From assembly GCA_031549385.1 (NCBI GenBank), contig JAVBPW010000002.1:17841-81840 (forward strand): DNA of 64,000 nt, written 5' to 3'. Positions 44,919-56,300 of this stretch are shown one piece after another (position 1 is the first letter of the stretch; every line of letters begins with the position of its first letter). Made by a program: the position numbers and the translations under genes. Source of the stretch: Alphaproteobacteria bacterium (lineage in GTDB: Bacteria; Pseudomonadota; Alphaproteobacteria; Rs-D84; SZUA-605). The notes beneath the pieces are model-generated. The model was not told the DNA's origin and made no database searches. It worked only from the letters and a program-made list of their open reading frames with translations.

Positions 44919-47276
44919 ATGAACAAAAAATCTAGGTTTACTACAGCTATTGCTGTTGCTACAGGTATTTCATTTGCACCATTTAATGTTTTTGCTGATT
45001 CACAATTACCAAAACCAGATACTGGTTTTAAAGGTGAAATTAATACAACTATTTTAAATTCAAAACCATATTGGCCTAAAAGACCTACAGCTCCAAAAGG
45101 TGCTCCTAATGTTGTTATTATTATGACTGATGATGTTGGTTTTAGTGCTGGATCAACTTGGGGAGGACCTATTAATACTCCTATACAAGATAAATTAGCA
45201 AATAGAGGTTTACGTTATAACCAATTTCATACAACTGCTGTTTCATCACCAACTCGTGCTGCTTTATTAACAGGAAGAAATCATCATACTGTTCATACTG
45301 CTGGAATTATGGAAGCATCTCTTGGTTATCCTGGTTGGGATACTTTGATGGGAAAAGATACTGCAACTATTGCTGAAATTTTACGTTTAAGTGGTTATAA
45401 TACTGCATGGTTTGGAAAAAATCACAATGTTCCTGATTTTGAAAATAATCCTATTGTTGGTCCTCATGATAGATGGCCAACAAGTTTAGGTTTTGAAAAA
45501 TTTTATGGATTTATAGGTGGAGAATCTGATCAGTATTCACCATATTTATTGCATGATGGTACAGAAAATATTTCACCATATGTAAGTAATCCAAATTATA
45601 ACTTAAATGAGGATTTATCATTTCAAGCATCACATTGGATAAAACAACAAAAATCATTAGCTCCAGATAAGCCTTTCTTTGTTTACTATGTGCCTGGTGG
45701 TACTCATGCTCCACATCAAGTACCAGTAAAATGGTCAAATAAATATAAAGGAAAATTTGATAAAGGTTGGGATGTGGTTCGTGAAGAAACTTTAGTTCGT
45801 CAAAAAAAATTAGGTATTGTTCCTGAAAATACAGCCTTAACTCCACGTCCAGAACAAATTCCAGCTTGGGATTCACTAAGTGCTGCTCAAAAAAAATTGT
45901 ATGCTCGTCAAATGGAAGTTTATGCAGGATATCTTGAACAAACAGATTATGAAATCGGACAAATGTTAAAGACTATTGAAGACTTAGGGGAAATGGATAA
46001 TACAGTAGTTATTTATATACAAGGTGACAATGGTGCAAGTGGTGAAGGTGCTTTAACTGGATCAGAAAATGAAAATTATGTATTTAATGCTCAAGTTGAA
46101 AAATTAGAAGATATAGATCTTGAAAAACTTGGAACACCTGATGCATATAATCATTATTCTGCAGGATGGGCGCTTGCTATGGATACACCTTTTCAATGGA
46201 TGAAACAGGTTGCATCTCATTTTGGAGGATCAAGAAATGGAATGGTTATTCATTGGCCAAAAGGTATTAAAGCAAAAGGTGAAGTTAGATCACAATTTCA
46301 TCATGTAATTGATATTGCTCCAACTATACTTGATATAATAGGAATTGAACAACCAGATAAGGTTAATAGTGTTGAACAAAAACCTATGGAAGGTGTTTCT
46401 ATGAAATATTCTTTCAAAGATAAGAAAGCTGAATCAAATCATAAGATTCAATATTTTGAAATTATGGGATATAAAGGACTTTATAATGATGGGTGGATGT
46501 TGTCAGCAACTCCTCAATCTGCACCTTGGGAACAGGGTAAAAAAGATGGTCCTACATCTGATGGTTGGGAATTGTATAATATAAGAGAAGATTTTTCTCA
46601 AAGTTATAATTTGGCAACAAAATATCCAGAAAAAGTAAAAACTATGTCTGAATTATTTGAAGTTGAGGCTGGAAAACATAATGTTTATCCATTATGGGAA
46701 AATAGTAAAACTTTCATAGTTGTGGATTCAAAAAATAGGCCAAATCTTAATGAAGGAAGAACTGAATTTGTATATAGTGGAATAGTAGATCATATTTCAG
46801 AAGGAATGGCTCCAAATTTCAAAAACACTTCATTTAATATTGAAGCTGAAATTGATTTTGCAAAAAATGTTACACCTGAAGGAATGATATTGACTATGGG
46901 TGGACGATTTGGTGGATTTGGATTGTGGTTTGAAAAGGGTGTTATAAAATTTGGTTACAGGAATCCAAGATATAAAGATTATTATGAAATTAAATCAGAT
47001 AAACCGATTAGTTCTGGAAATCATAAAGTAAAATTAGAATTTAAATCTGATTTTTCTAAGACTAAAAAACCAGGGGCTGGTGGAAGTGCAACGCTTTATA
47101 TTGATGGTAAAAAAGTAGCAGAAGGAAGAGTTGAAAAAACAATACCATTCAGGTTTGGTCTTTCAGAAGGTATGGATGTTGGATGTGATTATGGAACAAG
47201 TATGACACCTTCATATAAAGCGCCATTTAAAATTAATGGAAATTTGAAAAAAGTTGAAGTTAAATTGAAAAAATAA
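44919..47276 (+). CDS. arylsulfatase (Ser-type formylglycine site)
   Basis: Signal peptide. Sulfatase signature VSSPTRAALLTGRNHH (Ser rather than Cys). Metal ligands MTDDVG and GDNG. Confidence 0.9.
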   Translation: MNKKSRFTTAIAVATGISFAPFNVFADSQLPKPDTGFKGEINTTILNSKPYWPKRPTAPKGAPNVVIIMTDDVGFSAGSTWGGPINTPIQDKLANRGLRYNQFHTTAVSSPTRAALLTGRNHHTVHTAGIMEASLGYPGWDTLMGKDTATIAEILRLSGYNTAWFGKNHNVPDFENNPIVGPHDRWPTSLGFEKFYGFIGGESDQYSPYLLHDGTENISPYVSNPNYNLNEDLSFQASHWIKQQKSLAPDKPFFVYYVPGGTHAPHQVPVKWSNKYKGKFDKGWDVVREETLVRQKKLGIVPENTALTPRPEQIPAWDSLSAAQKKLYARQMEVYAGYLEQTDYEIGQMLKTIEDLGEMDNTVVIYIQGDNGASGEGALTGSENENYVFNAQVEKLEDIDLEKLGTPDAYNHYSAGWALAMDTPFQWMKQVASHFGGSRNGMVIHWPKGIKAKGEVRSQFHHVIDIAPTILDIIGIEQPDKVNSVEQKPMEGVSMKYSFKDKKAESNHKIQYFEIMGYKGLYNDGWMLSATPQSAPWEQGKKDGPTSDGWELYNIREDFSQSYNLATKYPEKVKTMSELFEVEAGKHNVYPLWENSKTFIVVDSKNRPNLNEGRTEFVYSGIVDHISEGMAPNFKNTSFNIEAEIDFAKNVTPEGMILTMGGRFGGFGLWFEKGVIKFGYRNPRYKDYYEIKSDKPISSGNHKVKLEFKSDFSKTKKPGAGGSATLYIDGKKVAEGRVEKTIPFRFGLSEGMDVGCDYGTSMTPSYKAPFKINGNLKKVEVKLKK

Positions 47277-47286
47277 ATAGAAATAA

Positions 47287-47316
47287 AAAAAACCGTCATA
47301 ATTGGCGGTTTTTTTT
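47287..47316 (+). terminator. intrinsic terminator
   Basis: AAAACCGTCA-TAAT-TGGCGGTTTT hairpin followed by a T-run. Confidence 0.7.
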
Positions 47317-47396
47317 AATATGTTTAAATTTTTTTCTTGAATTAGTTTCTGTGAAATAATATAATCTTTCTTATAAAGAAGGGGAATTAAGATAAA

Positions 47397-50300
47397 TTGT
47401 ATTGTTGTAATTTAAAATTTTTAGGAATTTTATCTTTTATGCTTTGTGGTTTGTGTGCAAATTTGTATGCAGCAGATTGGCATGTTCCTACTAATTCATT
47501 GGAAGCGGCTATTACTTCTGCATCAAATAATGATAATATTATAATTGATTCAAATATAATAAGTAATCTTACTTTAACTCCAACGCCTTATGTTATTGAT
47601 AAGGTTCTTAATTATTCAAGTAATATCCCTGGTTTATATTCTGTTGGTATGTATGTTAGTACTGTTGCTAATAGTAACAGACATTTTAGTTTTACATCTG
47701 GCGCAAGTGGATCTACATTTACAAATCTTGCTTTAAATAATACTCAAAATGTAGCTGTTGCTAATTCTATATCAAAAGGTGGTGCAATTTATACTGAAGG
47801 AGCTGATTTAAGTTTTACAGGTGTAACATTTGGAGGAAATCAGGGTAATCGTGCATCTGCAGCTGGTGGAGCAATTTATAGTTTAGGTGGAAATTTAATT
47901 ATTAATGATGCATCTGGCTTTACAAGCAGTACTGCTCAAAGTACTACAAGTACTGGAGGAGCTGTTTATATAGAAGATGCTACTTTGGTAACTAATGATA
48001 CTGTTATTTTTAATACTAACAAGGCTGCTTTTGGAGGAGGTATTTATTCCAAAAATTCATCTTTGACTTTAAGTAATACAACAAGTTTTACATCAAATCA
48101 GGCAACTGGTGGGGTAAATTATGGTGGAGCTATTTATCTTGATGGCGGAACATTAGTTTTGTCTGGTTCTAATTTTGCTTCAAATACAGCGACTGGTGGA
48201 GCTGGTGGAGCTATTTATAATAATTTAGGTGTTCTAACTGTTGGAGCTTCTGTTTTTAATTTAAATACATCATTGAATGGTGCAGCTATTTACAATACTG
48301 GTACTTTGAATAGTGTTGGTCTTGCAACATTTACAACTAATACTGCTTCTGGAAGTGGTGGTGCTGTTTATAATACTGGGTCTAACTTGGTTTTTACAGG
48401 CACGATATTTACTGGAAATAAATCAACCGGAGCAAATTTGGGTGGTGGTGCTATTTATAATAGTGGGTGGGATTTAACTATTAATGATGGAACTAGTTTT
48501 ACTTCAAATACTGCTTCTTCATCAGGTGGTAAAGGTGGGGCTGTTTATAGTGAAAATGGAAATGTAACTATTGGAGCAGCAGTATTCACATTGAATACTG
48601 CATCACAAGGAGCCGCACTTTATGTTTTGAATGGAAATATTAATATTGCTGGAACGGTGTCTTTTATGTCAAACACAGCGTCTGCTGCAGGTGGAGCGAT
48701 ATTTATTCAAGGTGTTGATGTGTCTGCTAATATTTCTGGGATAGATTCAAATAATGCAGCTTTATTTCAAAATAATATTAGTAGTGGTTCATTTGATGCA
48801 AATCGTAAAATTGGTGCAGGTGCAATATTTTTTGACGGAATAAACGCTGTTACAGATATATCTTTTGATGGAACTTTTAATCCTAATGATTGTTTGTTAT
48901 GTATTAATTATGCTACATTTGATTCAAATAAAGCATCTTCAGGATTGGCAGGTGCAATATATATTAATAATACTGTTGCCACAATTTCAAATAGTGTTTT
49001 TTCTAATAATTCTACGATATCTTCTAACTCAATGGGTGGGGCTATTTATAATGGGCCTGGTGCAAAAACATATATCGAAAATACTTCATTTTTGAATAAC
49101 TTTACAACAGCTGCGTCTGCTTATGGAGGAGCTATTGCTAATTCTGGTTATATGAAGATGGTTAATGTTACAATTTCTGGAAATTCTTCAAAAACATGGG
49201 GAGGGGCAGTTTTAAATTCAGGTAATTTTGTGCTTGGTGAAGCAGAATTTTATCCAGAAATGACTATTGTAGATAGTTATTTTTATCAAAATTCTTCAAC
49301 TTCTGGTGGTGGTGGTTTATGTATTGGAGATAATGCTATAAAAACAGATGTTATAAACACTAAATTTGTTGAAAATGTAGGTCTTCATGGTGGGGCTTTA
49401 TATAATGAAACAGTTGCTACAATTATAGGTTCAGAATTTAAAGATAATATGACTTTAGTAGGTGGACAGGGTGGTGGTGCTATATGGAGTGGGGCTGATT
49501 GGGCTATTGGTGAAAAATTAGATATTAGCGTTGATGATACAGAATTTACTGGAAATAAATCAAATACTGCTGGTGGTGCTGTTTACTTAAATATTTCATC
49601 AAGTACAACTGTGGATTTAGATTACCCAAATTGGGAATATCCTTCTGTTAATACATTTAAAGTAACAAATTCCACATTTACAAATAACCAGACAATAGTT
49701 TCTGGTCATGGCGGTGCTATTTATGGAAGTGTTACAAAAGGTGGAGATTTAATTCAGGATAGAAAATTGATATTGGATGTTGATAATGTTGTTTTTGATA
49801 GTAATTCTGCTGGTGGAAGTGGTGGCGCTGTTTATGTTACTGCTACTTATGTTGATACAGCTAATAGTAAGATTGGAAGTACAGAAGTAACGATTGAAAA
49901 TTCAGATTTTGAAAATAATACTGCGGGAGTTAGTGGTGGAGCTATTTATAATTCTGTAACAGCTGCTGGAACTATAGCTAATATGACTTTGATGGATGTT
50001 GATTTTGATAATAACTCTGCAGGAACTAGTGGTGGTGGTTTATATTTATCTGGACAATCTGCTACAACAATGTTGAATGTTGTTTTATCAAATGTAAGCT
50101 TTACTGGAAATCAAGTTAAAAGAGTTGCTACTACTGGAACATCTTATGCTTTAACAGGTGGGGCAATTAACAACAATCAATATGTAAATTTGGAATTTCA
50201 AAATAATCATAATTTTGACTCAAATGGGATTGATGGGTCTTTGACAAATATTGGAACTGGGGCTGCTAATTTTGCTTTGACAATGAATTCTTATGGGGGT

Positions 50301-53300
50301 GCTTTATATACAGCTAGTAATAGTGTAATAAATTTAGGAACTTTTGTTTTTAACTTTACTGATAATTATACAAAAGTTATTGTTAATACAACTAACTCTG
50401 GAACTTTTAATTCTACAGCAACAGCAAATTCTGCTGGTGGTGCTTTTTATGATTCTACAATTGGTACAATAGAATTTAATGCAGGAACTGTATTTGATGG
50501 TAATAATGTTAGAGCTGAAGCAAATTCAATAAATACTGGAACTGGTGCTGCAACTGCAACTGCAACTGCATATGGTGGAGCTATTTATAATTCTGGAAAT
50601 GGTATTATTAATATTTATAATTCTTCTTTGTTTATTGATAATAGTGTTACTTCAGTGGCAACTGCTGTTGGTTTGGGAACAGAGACAATAACTATGAATG
50701 CATATGGTGGGGCTATTTATAACACTGGAACAAATTCGGAAATAAATATTATTGGGTTGGAAAAAATTGGTGTTGATGAAACTCATGTTGTTTTTAGAGG
50801 AAATAGTGCAACTGGTGGAGATACTACAACTTTTGGTGGTGCTATTTATAATGCTGGAAAATTAAATGTGAGTTATGCGTTGTTTGAAAATAATACATCT
50901 TCAGGTTCTGGTGGTGCTATTTATTCAACAAATGTATTCAACTTAAATTATGCTGAATTTAAGGGAAATAGTTCAAATATAATGGGTGGTGCTGTTTATA
51001 TTAATGCTACAACAGGTATTTTTAATCTTTTGACTTCAATTTTATTTGATAATAATTCATCTTTGGATGGAGGGGCTCTTTATACGAAGACAACCACAAA
51101 TATTTCAAATACGGTTTTATTTAAAAACAATTCTGCTACTCAATATGGTGGAGCATGGTATGTTAGTTCTGGGACTACAACAATTGATGGGGCTGTTTTT
51201 GATAATAATTCTGCTGAAAATGGTGGAGCTGTTTATAATAATGGAACAATGAATATTAATGGTGGAACAAGTTTTATAAATAATTCTTCAACAAGTTTTG
51301 GTGGAGCTATTTATACTATGCAAAACTTGACTCTTAATTCTACTAATAGTGATATAACTTTTAATAATAACAAAGTTAATGGAATTGGAAATGATATTTA
51401 TATTGGAGGAACAATTGCACGTGCTATAATAATTAATGGTACAGCCAATAATGTTATAATGAATGGAGGGTTTGCAACAAATGGTGCTTCTTCTTCTGGA
51501 AATTATACAATTACAAAATCTGGATTGGGAAGTTTATTAATTACAGCTGATAATTTTGGATTTACAGGAACTTCAACAATATCTGCAGGTCAAGTTATTG
51601 TAAATGGAAAATGGATTAATGGTTTAACAACTGTTTCAGGAACATCTGCTAATAATACATTGCTTAGAGTAACTAGTGATTCTGTTCATGAAAAAGTTAC
51701 TATATCAAATACTGGAACTTTTGAACATCTATCAACATCTTTAATTTCTTCTGAAATTAACAATGCTAATTTTAAATTTACAGTAGTTACAGGTGGAACA
51801 ATGAAGTTTATGGCAGATTCTTCATTGGTTGGACAACTAGCCAAATATAACTTGTTAAATAATTTAGCAAATACTGCTAATGGTTATAATACTGTTTTAT
51901 TTAAGGATTCTGACGTTACATTTGGAACTAATTCTTATCAGAAAATTAGTAATGGCTGGATAAATTATACTTTTCAAAATTCTGTAATTAATTTAAGTAA
52001 TATGTTGAGTGAAACAACAACATTTACTCAGGTAACATTAGATAATGCTACATTGTCTTTTGATGCAGGTTTTAAAGCTGATGGAACATTAGAATCTGAT
52101 AAATTAGCCATTACAACTTTATTGGGAGATAATACTATAAAATTAGGATCTGTTTATATAAAAGATGGTCAAAATGATACAGGATTAAATAAAACATATA
52201 CATCACAGGTCCTTATGCCAGCTGGATTGAATTTTGATTCTTCTTTGACTACTACTGTAAAATCAGATATATATGAATATCAAGCGGTTGTAAGTGGAAA
52301 AAATATAACACTTACTGTAATTGGAGCTGCAAATGAAAATTCATTGTATTCTGCAAATGCTAAATTAGGAACACGTGCTTTTAATATGACTTATTTTGGT
52401 ACCTCACCTTATACATATAATATTGGTCAAAGCTTGAGTACAACAAATACAGGTACTTTTAATGTTGTAGGAAATTCTGCAGCTACAAGTATTATTTCAG
52501 GAATATTAGTGGATTCAACAGGCGTAGTTATTGGAAGTAGTGGTTCTTTCTTTGATATTTCTGGTGCTGTTAATTTTACATTGAGTAATGTTAGTGTTGT
52601 TGATGCCTATAAAAATGGAAATGGATCTGTGTTGTTTGTAACAGGAACAGGAGCTACAATTAATTTAAGCAATTTAATACTTGCAAGAAATGAAGTAGAT
52701 ACATATGGTGGAGCTGTTTATAATGAAAAAACAATTTCTTTTACTGGTTCAAATCAATTAAATGAAAATTCTGCTGGAAGTGGTGGTGCTATTTACAATC
52801 TTAATGGTGGTGTAATTAATTTAACATCAACATCTTTTGATCAAAATATTGCTACTTTTAATGGTGGAGCTATTTATAATGCTGGAACAATTTCATTTAG
52901 TTCATCATCTCAATTTACTTCAAATACTGCGTTAAATGGTGGAGCTGTTTATAATACTGGAAATATAACAATCTTAGGGGGTAGTTCATTTACAAATAAT
53001 ACTGTAACAAATAATGGTGGAGCTGTTTGGAATTCTGGAACTGTGGTATTAAACTCATCTCTTGGAAATATACAATTTTCTGGTAATACAGCAACAGGTA
53101 ATGGAAATGATATTTATAATGATGGTGGAAATATAAATATTAATGGAACAGCAAATGATGTTATTATAGGTGGGGGAATTTCAGGGTATGGAAATATAAA
53201 TAAATCAGGAAATGGAAGATTATTAATAAATGCAAATAGTTCTGGATATATAGGTGTGTTTACTCAAACTGCTGGAACCACTATATTTTCAAGCAACATG

Positions 53301-56300
53301 TTTAATGGAACAAATAATATTACAGCTGGAGTATTGGAACTTGCAAATGGTGGTGTTTTTTCTGCAAATACTGTAGTTGCTTTATCAAATACTGGAATTT
53401 TTAACATTACAACAAATTCAAACATTACTTTAAATAGTGGGAATTTAATTGGGTATAATGGGACTTATGGAGTAGCTAATAAATCAGGAACTGGTGATTT
53501 AACTGTTTCTGGTGATAATTCTTTATTTCAAGGAACTTTTAATCAAACTTCAGGAAGAACTTTTGTTGATGAAACAAGTTTAATGTTTAATGGAATTAAT
53601 AATATTTCAAACAGTTTGTTGCAGATTACATCTTCAAATGTATATGAAAAAGTTAATATTGGTAATAATGGACAATTAATTCATATTTCAAAAACAGAAA
53701 CAGTTTCAAATATTAATAATACAAATATTAAATTTACTGGTACTGGCGGAAATATATTTTTTAACTCTGATGCTTCTTTATTAAATGGCACAAATTATAA
53801 TTTAGTAAATAAAATAGAGAATGGTAATTTAAATACTATTACTTTTAATGATTCAAATGTATTTCTTGGAAGTAATGATTATACTGGTTCAACTGTTTAT
53901 AAATTTGATAATTCTGTCATAGATTTAAATTCAGGAACAATAACAAATGTAGTTTTTTCAAATACAAATTTAAATAATACAAAACTGTCATTTGATGTAA
54001 AGTTTGATATGTCTGGTTCAAATCCTATTTTATTATCAGATACTTTTAATGCTGGAAGTTTGCTTGGTGACACAGATATAGGTATTGGTATAATCAGAAT
54101 TTTAAATGATGATGAAGATACTGGATTGTCTGGAATATATACTTCTCAAGTGTTAACAAATACATCCTCTTTAGTATTTAGTGGTTTATCTGATACTATG
54201 TTTTTATCTACTAATGCTTATGAATATGAAGTAACTACAAATAATAAAAATGTTGTATTATCTGTAATTGGAGCATCAGATATGAATTCGTTATACAGAA
54301 TGAATGATACTGTAAATAAACGTGGTTTTAATATATCTTATTTTTCTGGTTCTACTGTTTACTATAATATAGGACAAAGTTTAGGTACAACTAAAAATGG
54401 AGAATTTATAGTTCAAGGTTTTGATAGTGATCCAGATCATGGTGTTATTTCTGGTAAAATTGTTGATGTAAATAATGACCCAACTGGTGAATATGGTTCT
54501 TTCTTTAAATTAACAGGGTCAACAATATTTACATTGAAAAATTTAACTATAGAGGAAGCTTATTCTTTAAATAATGGATCTGTATTGTATATGACAAATG
54601 CATCATCAACTGCTTTGTTGGAAAAAATAATTATACAAGATAATGAAGTTGTTGAAAATGGTGGTGCTGTTTATGTTAGTGCTGGTTTATTAAGTATAAA
54701 TAATGCTAGTTTTGATTCAAATATTTCTGGAATGAATGGTGGTGCTGTTTGGAATTCTTCAAACAATTCAACAATAAATACAACAAAATTTGAAGATAAT
54801 GAAGCTGTTGGAAATGGTGGTGCTGTTTATAATTCTGGAACTATTACTTTTGTTAATCTGATAGAATTTATTTCTAATAAGGCAGTTAATGGGTCAGCTC
54901 TTTATAATAGTGGTAGTGTAGATTTTCAAGGTGAGGTTGATTTATATTCTAATATTGCTAGTGGTAATGGAGCGATATACAATTCAGGAACAGCTGTTTT
55001 TAGAGGTATTACAACAATTAGTGGAAATGAAGCAGTTTCAGGTGGTGCTGTTTATTTGAATACTGGTACGGTTACTTTTAATGGAGTGTCAGATATAACT
55101 TCAAATGAAGCTACTACTGGAAATGGTGGAGCTGTTTATGTTGCTAGTGGTACAACATTGAATATAAATAATAACATGACTGCTTCTTCTAATACCGCAA
55201 ATTCTGGTTTTGGTGGGGCTATATATTTAGCAGGTAGTTTGAATTTAGGTGGAGCATCGTCTACAACTATCTCATTTAGTGGAAATTCTGATAGTTCTGG
55301 TGATAATGATATTTATATGGTAAATTCTGCTTTATCAATAAATGGACTAGGAACATATAGTTTTAATAGTGGTATTTCAGGAGATACTGGTTCAAGCATT
55401 TCTCTAAGTGGTTCAGGAGCAAGATTCAATGCTGAAATGACAGGATTTAATGGAAGTTATACACAAAGTGGTATTTCATCTATTGCTCAGATATATGGAA
55501 CTTTGAATGCAAATTATACTATTACAAATGGAACAACTAAGTTTAAAGAGAATGCTTTGTCTTCTGGTAAAACTATAACAGTTAACGGAAATGGTATAGC
55601 TCAGTATGAAGGGTTAAATTCTAATAACCTTGGAACAGTTATAGGAACTGGAACATTGGTTGTTTTAAATACTCTTACAAATACAGGAACTCTTGATGTA
55701 GCTACATTACAAATAAATTCAGATCTTGTTAATAATGGAGTTATTGATTCTGATAATACAACAATAAATGCTGATGTTACTAATAATGCAACTATATCTG
55801 GAATAGGAACAACAACTGTAACTTCTGGTGCAAGTTTGTTAAATCTTGGTACAATTTCACAAAATAAATTAATTATTAATTCCTCTGGTGTTGTGGAAAC
55901 AGATGCTGATGATATTATAATTGTTAATAATATTTCTAATAATGGAACACTGATATTTAACTCTGGAGATAATTCCAATATAATTTCTGGTACTGGTATT
56001 GTTTCAATTACTGGAATTGTTGGAAATACTGCTTTGATTTCAACAAACAATTTAGAAATAGTTTCTGGCGCTGAGTTTAGTTCTGATATATCAAAATTAG
56101 CAATTATTAACCCAATAGAAAATGAAGGTGTTTTAAATTTATCCGGTAATGGCAGTTGGACAAAATCTGTTGTTGGAAATGATGGAATAATAACATTTGC
56201 TTCTGGAACAATTAATAATACTGCAGTTATTCAACAAAAAGGTTTTATTGTTAAGAGTGATGGACAGTTATCTACTGATGGAAGTTTAATACAAACAAAT

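Noticed and set aside
47700-55300. Highly repetitive DNA inside the giant gene, considered as a possible repeat array or assembly artefact.
   Set aside because: The repetition is at protein-motif level (GGAIY/FxxN) with diverged codons. I saw no long exact nucleotide repeats and the frame stays open for 11 kb. It is therefore treated as genuine coding sequence, pending long-read confirmation.
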